Source: Candidatus Omnitrophota bacterium
Lineage (GTDB): Bacteria; Omnitrophota; Gorgyraeia; Duberdicusellales; 4484-171
DNA length: 51,478 nucleotides
Reading direction: 5' to 3'
Assembly (NCBI GenBank): GCA_003644405.1
Contig: QNCE01000001.1
Span: forward strand, 1-51,478
A program made the position numbers and the translations under genes. The notes beneath the pieces were generated by a model. The model was not told the origin of the DNA and did not search any database. It saw only the letters and a program-made list of their open reading frames with translations. This document shows positions 16,927 through 26,521 of this stretch, piece after piece; position 1 is the first letter of the stretch; each line of letters begins with the position of its first letter.

Positions 16927-18431
16927 AGTTTCTTTTTCATTTTAACATTATCCAAAATAAAAATAAAGAAAAAAATAGATAGAAAAAAATAGATAGACTT
17001 AAAAGGAAGTCTTGCAGGAGTAGGAGAAACGGCTAATTTAACGTAAGGATTTTTAAATACATAAGCAATATCATTTTCGTATATATTTTTCCACTTATAC
17101 CTATTCTTTAAGAAATTAAGCTTCTTACTCGGAGGTTTTATCCAAATGATTACCTTAGCAAATTTGTAAATGACTTCAGAGGGTAAGTTAGTTTTTACTT
17201 CCCAGAGAAGAGAGTTAGATGTGGGCCTTTGAGTAAGAGAAGAAAAAATCTGAGCAGTAATTTTTAGATTAGATGAGATAATTTGAAAAGGTCCGGTATT
17301 TTTTTTAATCACATCCACAATAGGATAGTAATATTGAGGCCAAAATAAAAACCGAGCCTCCAAAAGAGCGTAAGGCTTTCCGGTAAGGAAATTATAGTAA
17401 GTAGAATTAAAGAAATTAATTTGTGGTTTTCCTTCCTCCAAATCTACAGTTGCATGAGAGAAGAAAAGAAAAAAAGCTAAAGTAAAGATAAATATTCTTT
17501 TAGTTAGATTACCTTTAATTAGATTAAGAAATCTTTCGCAAACCAGAGAACAAAATAGAGCTAAACCAATTGCTCCCTGGGCAGAGAAAAAGCGAAAAGG
17601 ATACTTTACAAATACTATTATACTGCCTACTAAGTAACCTAAAAAAAGAAGCGTGCCAAAATCCTTTCTCACATTAATAAACAAAGAAAATAAACCTATC
17701 CCTATTAAAAAGATACTGAAGTGAAGAAAATATATTTCCTTAGTAAAAGAGAATCGTAGATAAGAAGCGTATTTTAGCTGATGGATTAATAAAGGAAGGA
17801 TGCCTAAAACTACCCCCGAAATTATTCTTATAAGTTCGCTCCGATAGGAAGCTAACCCCAAAAGAAAAAGAAGAGAAATAAAGAAAATCCAAAAAACTCC
17901 CGTATGAGTATAAAAACATAGAATCAGAAAAAGCGCACAAGATACCCATCTTTTTTTCTTTAGGAAATACCAACAAAAAAAACCAAAAATTAACCCCAAA
18001 CTAGCAGGAACGTTACAGGAAATAGAGGAATAGAAAGAAAAAAAACTACTTAAAGTTAAAAGGTTAATAAAAGAAAAAAAAGGAGAGATAATTTTTCTTA
18101 AAACATACCACATCACTAAGAAAAAGAAAGGAAGAATAACAATCTCGGTTACTCTTACTGCATTGAGAGAAGAAAGTCCTGCCTTTTTTAGAAAGACTAG
18201 TAGAAAGTGATAGAAAGGTGGATAAACCTGAGGTCTACCCCAAGGAGCATAATCCCACCAACTCCATCCTACCCATCCCCCACTCTCTATGTATCCATTA
18301 GCACAGGAAAGATGCCACCACGCATCTATATATTGAGGAAGATAGTTAAACCTTATTAGCGAAAGAATAGCGATAAAAACAATCATACCTAAACTTAGCA
18401 AGTCAAAGTATTGGTTTCTACGCTTATCCAT
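16923..18431 (-). CDS. Large polytopic membrane protein, possibly a GT-C fold (PMT/ArnT-like) glycosyltransferase
   Basis: 502 aa with more than 10 predicted TM helices. The first loop, WWDYAPWGRPQVYPPFYHFLL, resembles GT-C family loop-1 (..PPL..). The C-terminal third is soluble. Weak assignment. Confidence 0.4.
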   Translation of the reverse strand: MDKRRNQYFDLLSLGMIVFIAILSLIRFNYLPQYIDAWWHLSCANGYIESGGWVGWSWWDYAPWGRPQVYPPFYHFLLVFLKKAGLSSLNAVRVTEIVILPFFFLVMWYVLRKIISPFFSFINLLTLSSFFSFYSSISCNVPASLGLIFGFFCWYFLKKKRWVSCALFLILCFYTHTGVFWIFFISLLFLLGLASYRSELIRIISGVVLGILPLLIHQLKYASYLRFSFTKEIYFLHFSIFLIGIGLFSLFINVRKDFGTLLFLGYLVGSIIVFVKYPFRFFSAQGAIGLALFCSLVCERFLNLIKGNLTKRIFIFTLAFFLFFSHATVDLEEGKPQINFFNSTYYNFLTGKPYALLEARFLFWPQYYYPIVDVIKKNTGPFQIISSNLKITAQIFSSLTQRPTSNSLLWEVKTNLPSEVIYKFAKVIIWIKPPSKKLNFLKNRYKWKNIYENDIAYVFKNPYVKLAVSPTPARLPFKSIYFFLSIFFFIFILDNVKMKKKL

Positions 18432-19191
18432 AGTTTACCTTGTAAAGATATAGGCCACAGGCAGGGGCAGGTTTATTAAAGTAGGTTTTTTTTCTCTCTA
18501 AAATAGCATTCACCTCATCTAAATTTATCTTACCTTTGCCTACTCTTACTAAAAACCTCACGATATTTCTTGCCATGTTTCTTAAAAAACCATCAGCCTC
18601 TATATCAATATAAATAAATGAACCTCTTTTGGTAATCTTAATGCTCTTAATCTCTCTTTGGCAACTTTTATATCTTTTAGCTTCCTTAGCAAAGCAAGAA
18701 AAATCTTTGCTACCTACTAAAAGATGAGCTGCCTTTCTCATTACCTTCAAATCCAATTTCTCAGGTAGATGCCAAGCATAACACCTTAAGAAGACGCTGA
18801 ACTTCTTTCTGTTAACAATTATGTAACGGTAAATTTTAGATTTAGCATTGAAACGAGCGTGGAAACCCAAGGGAACTTTCTTAATTCTTTTTATAAAAAT
18901 ATCAGAAGGAAGGAGACTATTTAAAGCTAACTTTATATTCTTTAAAGGGATGTTGGTATCTATTTTAAAGTTAATACACTGACTATAAGCATGAACGCCT
19001 CTATCGGTCCTGCCAGCATAACTAATTTTTACCTCTCTATTAAAAAGCTTCTTTAGGGCTTGCTGAATCTTCTCCTGAACTGTCTGGCCTTTTGCTTTTC
19101 TTTCTTTACTCTGTATTTGCCATCCAAAGTAATTCGTCCCATCGTATTCAACTTCTGAAAAAATATTCTTAAGCATCACTATTTTAAACAA
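18424..19191 (-). CDS. truA: tRNA pseudouridine(38-40) synthase
   Basis: 255 aa. YDGTNYFGWQIQ and the catalytic Asp in AGRTDRGVHA. The track start is TTG (19191) and the first ATG is at 19176, so the start is uncertain. Confidence 0.9.
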   Translation of the reverse strand: MFKIVMLKNIFSEVEYDGTNYFGWQIQSKERKAKGQTVQEKIQQALKKLFNREVKISYAGRTDRGVHAYSQCINFKIDTNIPLKNIKLALNSLLPSDIFIKRIKKVPLGFHARFNAKSKIYRYIIVNRKKFSVFLRCYAWHLPEKLDLKVMRKAAHLLVGSKDFSCFAKEAKRYKSCQREIKSIKITKRGSFIYIDIEADGFLRNMARNIVRFLVRVGKGKINLDEVNAILERKKTYFNKPAPACGLYLYKVNYG

Positions 19192-19206
19192 CTTTTTATC
19201 TGTGCC

Positions 19207-19235
19207 ATTATATTAAAACCAAAGGATAGTATCAA
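19207..19235 (-). promoter_or_regulatory. Consensus-like sigma-70 promoter for truA
   Basis: Minus strand: TTGATA (plus 19230-19235), exactly 17 nt of spacer, then TATAAT (19207-19212), in the 115-bp asd-truA gap. Confidence 0.6.
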
Positions 19236-19306
19236 GATAAAACTTTAGAGAAAATAGGTGGGTAAATTTTAGCAAATTTTTGAAAGTTCGGAATTGCTAG
19301 AAGAGT

Positions 19307-20347
19307 TTAACCAGAATCTTTTCTGATAAGCTCTTCAGCTATTTGGATGGCATTTAAACTTGCACCTTTGCGTAAGTTATCAGCTACAGACCACACCCAG
19401 AAAGAATTTTTATTAAAGGGATCCTCTCTCAACCTTGATACGTAGACTAAATCTGTCCCTTCTACATCTAAAGGTAAGGAGTAGTTGCTATCTCTATCAA
19501 TAAACTCCACACCTTGGGAACTTTTAAAGATATTCTTTATCCCCTCTATATCTGTATCTTTCTCTGTTTCAAAATAAATTGCTTCACAATGAGAAATAAA
19601 GGTAGGCACCCTTACACAAGTAGCAGTGATTTTAATGGAAGAATTATCCAAAATTTTATGAGTTTCTTTTACTACCTTCCACTCTTCAGTAGTATAGCCA
19701 AATTCTTTAAAGTCTCCTATCTGAGGAATAACATTAAAAACAATCTGGTTTCCAAAAACATCGAATTCTTTCTCTAACTTCTTGTTTAAGGAATTAAAAT
19801 CACTCTCCTTATTTTTTTCTACAATTTCTTTGGTCTCCTCCCATAAAGTGAAAGCTGCTCTTCTACCTGCACCAGTTGTAGCCTGAAAGCTAGTTAAAAT
19901 TACTCTCTTTAACCCCACCTTTTTATAGATACCGGCTAAGGTTACAACCATCTGGATAGTAGTGCAGTTAGGATTTGCGATTAAACCTTTATGTTCATAA
20001 ATCTTCTCTTTATTAACTTCGGGAATAACCAAAGGAATATCTTCTTGTAGACGGAAATCAGAACCATTATCGATTACTACTGCACCCTGCTCTATAAATT
20101 TATGTGCGTATAATTTACTTGCTCCTTTAGCTCCTTCCGTCCCTGCAAAAAGAGCAATTTCTGTCCCAGCAAAATCTTCTTTCTCTATAGACTCTACATG
20201 GTAGAGATTACCGTCAACTTTTATATCCCTTTCTGAACGAGCAAACACCTTAAGACTATTTATGGGAAATTTCCTTTGATTTAAAATGCGTAAAAGCTCA
20301 ACCCCTACTGCTCCTACACCTATTACTGCTACATTATACTTCTTCAT
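19307..20347 (-). CDS. asd: Aspartate-semialdehyde dehydrogenase
   Basis: Uses the internal ATG (20347-20345; MKKYNVAVIGVGAVG Rossmann start), 2 nt after the leuB stop. Active-site NPNCTTIQ. The 58-aa upstream extension in the ORF track overlaps leuB. Confidence 0.9.
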   Translation of the reverse strand: MKKYNVAVIGVGAVGVELLRILNQRKFPINSLKVFARSERDIKVDGNLYHVESIEKEDFAGTEIALFAGTEGAKGASKLYAHKFIEQGAVVIDNGSDFRLQEDIPLVIPEVNKEKIYEHKGLIANPNCTTIQMVVTLAGIYKKVGLKRVILTSFQATTGAGRRAAFTLWEETKEIVEKNKESDFNSLNKKLEKEFDVFGNQIVFNVIPQIGDFKEFGYTTEEWKVVKETHKILDNSSIKITATCVRVPTFISHCEAIYFETEKDTDIEGIKNIFKSSQGVEFIDRDSNYSLPLDVEGTDLVYVSRLREDPFNKNSFWVWSVADNLRKGASLNAIQIAEELIRKDSG

Positions 20348-20349
20348 CT

Positions 20350-21414
20350 CTAACTCTCTAGGTAGTTTACTACCAAATCTCCAACTTGAGTAGTAGAATA
20401 TCCCATTCTGCCAGCAGCTAAACTCTCTAATTTTTCTCTCACCACTCTCTTTACCGCCTCCTCTATCTTTAAACCTGCTTCTTCTTCTCCTAAAAAATCC
20501 AGCATCATCGCTAGAGCGCATATCGCTGCTAGAGGATTTATAACATTTTTGCCAGTGTATTTAGGAGCACTGCCTCCAATAGGCTCAAACATACTCACTC
20601 CTTGAGGGTTAAGATTCGCCCCTGCAGCAATTCCCATTCCTCCCTGGATAATTGCTCCTAAATCAGTAATTATATCTCCAAACATATTATCGGTAACTAT
20701 TACATCAAACCATTCAGGACTCTTCACCATCCACATACAAGTAGCATCCACATGAGCGTAGTCGGTTTTAACATCAGGGTAGTCTTTGGCTACCTTATGG
20801 AAGACTCTCTCCCATAAATCAAAAGCGTAAGTTAATACGTTAGTTTTACCACATAGAGTAACTTTCCTTTTCTTATTTCTTTTCCTTGCATACTCAAAAG
20901 CAAATCTAACAACTCGCTCTATCCCTTTATAAGTGTTGATGCTTTCTTGTATTGCTACCTCATCTAAAGTTCCCTTTCTTAAAAATCCTCCTGCTCCACA
21001 GTATAATCCTTCGGTGTTTTCTCTCACCACTACGAAATCTATATACTCTTCACTCTTATCCTTTAAGGGAGTAAATCTTTTATCGTAAAGAACTACTGGT
21101 CTCAAATTTATATACTGAGCTAGTTCAAATCTCAATCTTAAAAGAATACCTCGTTCTAAAATTCCTGGTTTTACTCGAGGATCACCAATAGCTCCCAAAT
21201 AAATAGCATCTACTTTTTTTAGCTCCTCCAAAACAGACTCAGGAAGAATCTCTCCTGTCTTTAAATAATTCTCCCCTCCTAAGTTATAGATTATCTTCTC
21301 ATACTTAAAATTAAATTTTTGTGAAGCTGCTTCTAAAACTTTCAAACCTTCCCTTATTACTTCTGGCCCTGTCCCATCTCCCGGAATAACTGCTATTCTG
21401 TAAGATTTACTCAT
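20350..21414 (-). CDS. leuB: 3-isopropylmalate dehydrogenase (beta-decarboxylating dehydrogenase family)
   Basis: 354 aa. IAVIPGDGTGPEV, NMFGDIITD, and context with leuCD. Confidence 0.8.
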   Translation of the reverse strand: MSKSYRIAVIPGDGTGPEVIREGLKVLEAASQKFNFKYEKIIYNLGGENYLKTGEILPESVLEELKKVDAIYLGAIGDPRVKPGILERGILLRLRFELAQYINLRPVVLYDKRFTPLKDKSEEYIDFVVVRENTEGLYCGAGGFLRKGTLDEVAIQESINTYKGIERVVRFAFEYARKRNKKRKVTLCGKTNVLTYAFDLWERVFHKVAKDYPDVKTDYAHVDATCMWMVKSPEWFDVIVTDNMFGDIITDLGAIIQGGMGIAAGANLNPQGVSMFEPIGGSAPKYTGKNVINPLAAICALAMMLDFLGEEEAGLKIEEAVKRVVREKLESLAAGRMGYSTTQVGDLVVNYLES

Positions 21415-21488
21415 GGTTAACCCTCTCTTTAATTATTTTTAATAACTTCATTTACTTTTAAGGTACCTTACCACTTTTTTCTCATCTG

Positions 21489-21564
21489 TAAAGAATAAAC
21501 CCCAAACCACGCCCTTACCCCCGCCCTTTCAAGGAAAGGGCGGGGTGGCTTTCTGTGGTTCGGG
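21489..21564 (-). terminator. GC-rich two-tier hairpin followed by a U-rich tract: putative intrinsic terminator/attenuator or RNA-stabilising structure between leuD and leuB
   Basis: Inner perfect 11-bp stem CCCCGCCCTTT (21519-21529) / AAAGGGCGGGG (21535-21545) with a 5-nt loop. Outer roughly 10-bp stem 21500-21510 / 21555-21564 (one G-U pair), separated by 8-9 nt internal loops. On the minus strand it is followed by GUUUAUUCUUU. Confidence 0.45.
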
Positions 21565-21570
21565 TTAAAA

Positions 21571-22056
21571 CTACCCTTTCTTCTTTATCCAATTAACCAA
21601 TCCTCCACTTTTTATAATCTCTTGCATAAATTGGGGAAACTTCTCACAGAAATAACGTTCCCCCTTAGTTATATTCTTGACTACTCCTTTATCTAAATCT
21701 GCCTCCAAGAGATTACCATCCTCTATTTTCTCTGGATGAGGAAAAGTTAAAATGGGTAAACCAATATTTATGGCATTTCGATAAAAGATACGGGCAAAAC
21801 TTTTAGCTATAAGTAAACTTATCCCACATCCTTTAATCGCTAAAGGAGCGTGTTCTCGAGAAGAACCGCAACCAAATTTTTTACCCGCCACTATTATGTC
21901 GCCCTTTTTAACCCTTTTAGTAAATTGAGGGGCAATATTTTCCATACAGTGGGAGCCTAAAAATTTAGGGTCTTGCGAATCTAAGTAGGGGGCAGGGATG
22001 ATATCGTCGGTATTTATATCATCACCAAATCTGTGCACTCTCCCTTTAATAACCAT
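21571..22056 (-). CDS. leuD: 3-isopropylmalate dehydratase small subunit
   Basis: 161-aa aconitase swivel domain with [12 protein letters not shown]. Confidence 0.85.
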   Translation of the reverse strand: MVIKGRVHRFGDDINTDDIIPAPYLDSQDPKFLGSHCMENIAPQFTKRVKKGDIIVAGKKFGCGSSREHAPLAIKGCGISLLIAKSFARIFYRNAINIGLPILTFPHPEKIEDGNLLEADLDKGVVKNITKGERYFCEKFPQFMQEIIKSGGLVNWIKKKG

Positions 22057-22057
22057 T

Positions 22058-23323
22058 TTAACTTACCTCCTGAGGATGAGCAATTCTACCTTTAATTGCA
22101 GAAGCAGCTGCCACAGCAGGAGAACTTAGATAAACCAGACTCTGAGGATGTCCCATTCTTCCAATAAAATTTCTATTAGAAGTAGCTAAAGCTACCTCTC
22201 CCTTACCTATCACTCCCATATGTCCTCCTAAACATGGACCACATGTAGGAGGACAAATTATACAACCTGCTTCTAAGAACACTTTAAGTAACCCTTCTCT
22301 CTCTGCTTCTCTATAAACCTTATGAGTGGCAGGTATAACTATTACCCTTAATCCTCTCTTTACCTTTTTCCCTTTAAGAATACTAGCTGCTACTCTCAGA
22401 TCCGAAATTCGCCCATTGGTGCAGGAGCCAATAAATACTTGATTTAATTTAACTTTTCTAAAGCTATTAACTGGTTTTACATTGCTAGGGAGATGAGGAT
22501 AGGCAACTTGAGGTTGTAGATTACTTACATCAATCTCAATTATATCTTGGTATTTGGCATCTTTATCTGAAGTTAAGTTGTTTATACTTTTAAGATTAAG
22601 ATTTGCTACTCTTTTCAAATAATTTAGCACCTTCTCATCGGGTTGGATTATCCCTGTTTTAGCTCCACACTCTATAGCCATATTAGTTATGGTTAATCTC
22701 TCTTCCACGGAAAGCTTCTTTATAACCGGACCCGTAAATTCCATAGCTTTGTATAAAGCTCCATCTACTCCTAATTTACCTAAAGTAAACAGAATAATAT
22801 CCTTTCCCGTAATCCACCTACCTAACTTTCCTTTATAGATGAGTTTAATCACTGGAGGAGTTTTTAACCATACTTTCCCCTCTTTCATAGCACAAGCTAA
22901 ATCTGTAGAACCTACTCCAAAAGCAGCACATCCTATCCCTCCAAAAGTGCAAGTATGAGAATCTGCTCCAATAACGAGGGCACCTGGAGTTATAAGCCCC
23001 TCCTCTAACAAAAATACATGTTCAATTCCACATCTATTTATATCAAAAAAGTTTTTTATTTTATATTTTTTAGAAAAATCTTTTAATAACCGAACATTAT
23101 TAGCAGCTTTTAAATCTCGGGCAGGAAGAAAATGATCACATATAAAACCTATTCTTTTGGGGTTAAATATTGAATTAAAACCAGCACGGGTAAATATTTT
23201 CACTGCTAAAGGTGCGGTTACATCGTTACCAAAACAAAAATCCACTTTAACGTAAAGAAAATCCTCTAGGGTTTTCTTAGAAGAGTGTCTTAACAAAATC
23301 TTTTCTATTAGAGTTAACCCCAT
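22058..23323 (-). CDS. leuC: 3-isopropylmalate dehydratase large subunit
   Basis: 421 aa (short, archaeal-like type). Fe-S ligand motifs IGSCTNGR and CGPCLGGHMG. Confidence 0.85.
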   Translation of the reverse strand: MGLTLIEKILLRHSSKKTLEDFLYVKVDFCFGNDVTAPLAVKIFTRAGFNSIFNPKRIGFICDHFLPARDLKAANNVRLLKDFSKKYKIKNFFDINRCGIEHVFLLEEGLITPGALVIGADSHTCTFGGIGCAAFGVGSTDLACAMKEGKVWLKTPPVIKLIYKGKLGRWITGKDIILFTLGKLGVDGALYKAMEFTGPVIKKLSVEERLTITNMAIECGAKTGIIQPDEKVLNYLKRVANLNLKSINNLTSDKDAKYQDIIEIDVSNLQPQVAYPHLPSNVKPVNSFRKVKLNQVFIGSCTNGRISDLRVAASILKGKKVKRGLRVIVIPATHKVYREAEREGLLKVFLEAGCIICPPTCGPCLGGHMGVIGKGEVALATSNRNFIGRMGHPQSLVYLSSPAVAAASAIKGRIAHPQEVS

Positions 23324-23330
23324 ATACTTT

Positions 23331-24572
23331 TTAGCTTAGTTCTTTGATAAGGAGAGCTGCGTTGTGTCCCCCAAAGCCTAAGGAATTGGATAGAGCTACT
23401 TTAACATCTTTTTCGCGAGCTTTATTGGGAGTATAATCTAAATCACACTCAGGATCTGGAACTTCATAATTTATTGTGGGAGGAATTACCTTATGCTTTA
23501 AGACTAAACAACAGATAATAAACTCTATAGCTCCTGCAGCTCCTAAGGTATGGCCCATCATTGATTTGGTAGAACTTATAGGGACTCTTTTAGCATATTC
23601 ACCAAAGACTTTCTTTATTGCTTTAGTTTCCATTTTATCGTTTAACTGAGTAGAAGTGCCATTAGCATTTATATAAATACTCTCATCCAAACTAACACCT
23701 GCTTCCTTTAGTGCTAACTCCATAGCTACACTAGCTGGTTCCCCCTCTGGTGAAGGAGCAGTAATATGGTAAGCATCGCAGGTAGCTCCATACCCACATA
23801 TCTCCCCATAAATGGGAGCTCCTCTTTTTAGGGCATGATCTAACTCTTCTAAAATAACAATCCCTGCACCTTCAGCAATAATAAATCCATCTCTTTCCCG
23901 ATCAAAAGGTCGACTTGCTCTCTGAGGTTGGTCATTACGGGTAGATAAAGCTTTCAGAGCACAAAAACCTCCTACTCCTAAAGGAGTAATACAACTTTCT
24001 GTACCTCCACAAACCATTATATCTGCTTTATCCTGCTGGATAAGACGGTAAGCTTCTCCTATAGCATGAGCTCCTGACGCACAAGCAGTAACTGTACAAA
24101 AATTTACCCCTTTCAGATTAAAACGGATAGCTATGCATCCCGCAGCTTCATTAGTAATAAGCATAGGAATAAGAAAAGGGGAAATTTTTTTAGGTCCTCG
24201 CTCAAGTAAGACACTATGTTCCCTCTCTATTGCTTGTAAACTCCCTATACCTGAACCAACAATAACTCCTCCTCGATAAGGGTCTATTTGGGAGAGATTA
24301 AGTCCGCCGTCTTGGAGAGCTTCCTGAGCAGCAGCAATAGCAAATTGCACAAAACGGGGGGTTCTTTTTATCTCTTTGGAACTAAAATATTGGGAGGGAT
24401 CAAACTCCTTAACTTCTCCAGCAATTTGGGAATCAAACTCTTGAGGATCGAACTGAGTTATCCTTACGATGCCACTTTTACCAGCAATGAGGTTTCTCCA
24501 TACTTCCTCCTTTCCTATCCCCAAAGGAGTTACAATACCGCATCCTGTAACTACTACACGTCTTATAGCCAT
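23331..24572 (-). CDS. fabF: 3-oxoacyl-ACP synthase II
   Basis: 413 aa. Active-site Cys in TACASGAHAIG, plus HITAP and GHTLGAAG. Confidence 0.95.
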   Translation of the reverse strand: MAIRRVVVTGCGIVTPLGIGKEEVWRNLIAGKSGIVRITQFDPQEFDSQIAGEVKEFDPSQYFSSKEIKRTPRFVQFAIAAAQEALQDGGLNLSQIDPYRGGVIVGSGIGSLQAIEREHSVLLERGPKKISPFLIPMLITNEAAGCIAIRFNLKGVNFCTVTACASGAHAIGEAYRLIQQDKADIMVCGGTESCITPLGVGGFCALKALSTRNDQPQRASRPFDRERDGFIIAEGAGIVILEELDHALKRGAPIYGEICGYGATCDAYHITAPSPEGEPASVAMELALKEAGVSLDESIYINANGTSTQLNDKMETKAIKKVFGEYAKRVPISSTKSMMGHTLGAAGAIEFIICCLVLKHKVIPPTINYEVPDPECDLDYTPNKAREKDVKVALSNSLGFGGHNAALLIKELS

Positions 24573-24595
24573 TTATTTTAAAGAGCTGTTTATTA

Positions 24596-24844
24596 TTAGG
24601 ACTCTTTAGCTTTTACTTTCTCCCCAATATACTTTATTGCTTCTCCTACTGTAGCCATCTTTTCAGCATCCTCATCGGGAATCTCTATCCCAAATTCTTC
24701 CTCTAATGCCATAACTATCTCTACAGTATCTAAGGAGTCTGCGCCTAAATCATCAACAAAAGAACTCTCTGGTTTTATCTCCTCTTTCTTAACTCCTAAC
24801 TGCTCAGCAATTATTTCTTTTACCCTTTCCTCTAAGTTTGCCAT
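24596..24844 (-). CDS. acpP: Acyl carrier protein
   Basis: 82 aa with the [11 protein letters not shown] phosphopantetheine attachment motif. Confidence 0.95.
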   Translation of the reverse strand: MANLEERVKEIIAEQLGVKKEEIKPESSFVDDLGADSLDTVEIVMALEEEFGIEIPDEDAEKMATVGEAIKYIGEKVKAKES

Positions 24845-24866
24845 CGCCCTACCTCCTTTTTACCCT

Positions 24867-25598
24867 TTAACTCATTCCGCCATCAACAACCAAAACTTGC
24901 CCAGTTATATAATCAGCTAAGGAAGAGGCCAAAAAAAGCACTGCTCCTGCTACATCTGTGGGGGTACCAAACCTATTTAAGGGAATTCTCTCTAACATCT
25001 TTTCCTTCACTTTATCACTAAGACGATCGGTCATTGCTGTTTTTATAAACCCTGGAGCTACGCAATTTATACAGATGTTTCTTGAGCCCAGTTCTTTAGC
25101 TAAAGATTTAGTAAAACCAATTAGCCCTGCTTTGGAAGCACCGTAATTGGCCTGTCCTACATTCCCTATAAGACCAATTATAGAAGAAATATTGATTATC
25201 TTACCGTAGCGTTGTTTGACCATGTATCTTAACACTGCTTTGGTGCAATTGAAAGCACCTTTTAAATTCACCTCTAAAACTTTATCCCAATCCTCTTCAG
25301 AGAGCCTCAAGATTAAATTATCTCTAGTTATCCCCGCATTGTTAACTAATATATCAACTTTACCTGCCTTGTCAATAACTTTGTTAACATTATTTTCTAC
25401 CTCTTCTAATTTAGTAACGTCTACGCAGAAAGTCAAAAGATTAGGAGAATTTAACTCTTCCTTTACCTGAGTAAGAAGAGTGCTGTTAACATCAAATACT
25501 GCTACGCAAACTCCTCTATTTAGGAAATGTTTACTAATTTCTTTACCGATACCTTGTGCGCCACCAGTAACAATAGCTACTCTTTCCCTAAATTCCAT
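24867..25598 (-). CDS. fabG: 3-oxoacyl-ACP reductase
   Basis: 243-aa SDR with TGGAQGIG and NYGASKAG. Confidence 0.9.
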   Translation of the reverse strand: MEFRERVAIVTGGAQGIGKEISKHFLNRGVCVAVFDVNSTLLTQVKEELNSPNLLTFCVDVTKLEEVENNVNKVIDKAGKVDILVNNAGITRDNLILRLSEEDWDKVLEVNLKGAFNCTKAVLRYMVKQRYGKIINISSIIGLIGNVGQANYGASKAGLIGFTKSLAKELGSRNICINCVAPGFIKTAMTDRLSDKVKEKMLERIPLNRFGTPTDVAGAVLFLASSLADYITGQVLVVDGGMS

Positions 25599-25599
25599 A

Positions 25600-26517
25600 C
25601 TAACCCTCCTTTTCTAAATCGAAATAATCTTTGGCATTCTCAAAATTAATCACTCTACTTTGAGGGGAAATCTTTCTTATTAACCCTCGTAAAATCTTAG
25701 AGGGCCCTATTTCTACGAAGGTAGTAACTCCCTTCTCTACCATAAACTCTACACATCTCTTCCACATTACTGGAGAAACCAACTGATTTAGAAGATTCCT
25801 CTTTAGATCCGAAGAATCACAATGAGAAGTGGCAGTAAAATTGCTTACAATAGGGATCTTTGCATCCTTAAATTTTAGGCTTTCCATAACTTTCTCCAAT
25901 CTCCTTTTAGCTGGCTCCATAAAAGGGGAGTGAAACCCTCCGCTTACTGCCAACTCCACTACCCTTGCTCCTAGATTTTCTAACTCTTTCTTTACTCTTT
26001 CTTTACCTTCTCTACTTAAAGAAATAACCACCTGGTGGGGGGAGTTTATATTAGCAATATAAAAACCTAATTCTCTCTCTTTTTTTCTTAAATCCTCCTC
26101 CTTCATCCCAATCACAGCTAACATCGAGGAGGGATTTTCTAAACTAGCTTCCTCCATAGCTAGGGCTCTTTCCTTAACTAAGTAAATTAACTCCTCCAAG
26201 GTAAGAACTTCTGCAGGATAAAGACAGGTATACTCTCCTAAACTTAATCCGGAAAGGTAACTTACTTCCTTTAATATATTTTTTCTCTTTTTTAACACCT
26301 CCAATCCAGCAAGAGCTACTATTAAAATCGCTAACTGCTGGGTGCTGGTTTTTTTTAACTCCTCTTGAGGACCTTGAAAACATACCTTAGCTAAATCAAT
26401 ACCTACAACTCCCTCAGCGATAGAAAAAATTTGTTTAGCTTCAGGGAATTCTTCATAGAAACTTTTTCCCATTCCTAAGTACTGAGCACCTTGACCAGGA
26501 AACACCAATGCCTTCAT
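25600..26517 (-). CDS. fabD: Malonyl CoA-ACP transacylase
   Basis: 305 aa. FPGQGAQYLGMG and the nucleophile-elbow motif GLSLGEY. Confidence 0.9.
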   Translation of the reverse strand: MKALVFPGQGAQYLGMGKSFYEEFPEAKQIFSIAEGVVGIDLAKVCFQGPQEELKKTSTQQLAILIVALAGLEVLKKRKNILKEVSYLSGLSLGEYTCLYPAEVLTLEELIYLVKERALAMEEASLENPSSMLAVIGMKEEDLRKKERELGFYIANINSPHQVVISLSREGKERVKKELENLGARVVELAVSGGFHSPFMEPAKRRLEKVMESLKFKDAKIPIVSNFTATSHCDSSDLKRNLLNQLVSPVMWKRCVEFMVEKGVTTFVEIGPSKILRGLIRKISPQSRVINFENAKDYFDLEKEG

Positions 26518-26521
26518 TACT

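Noticed and set aside
20348-20521. 58-aa N-terminal extension of the asd ORF (MRSSDDAGFFRRRRSRFKDRGGG...) given in the ORF track
   Set aside because: It lies entirely inside the 3' end of leuB in another frame, and its Arg/Gly-rich composition is atypical for this genome. The Rossmann-fold start MKKYNVAVIGVGAVG begins at the internal ATG (20347), 2 nt after the leuB stop.
21407-21451. 14-codon mini-ORF MKLLKIIKERVNHE overlapping the leuB start, considered as a Leu/Ile leader peptide for attenuation
   Set aside because: It has only two Leu codons, and it lies downstream of the GC-rich hairpin rather than upstream, the wrong geometry for classical attenuation. There is no SD. A 5-codon ORF (MRKKW) nearby is equally unconvincing.
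21500-21564. The GC-rich structured element, considered as a tRNA, another known small RNA gene, or a riboswitch
   Set aside because: It folds as one long interrupted hairpin, not a cloverleaf. It has no anticodon-arm or T-arm features and no motif I can match to a known riboswitch class. It is kept as a terminator/structured element instead.
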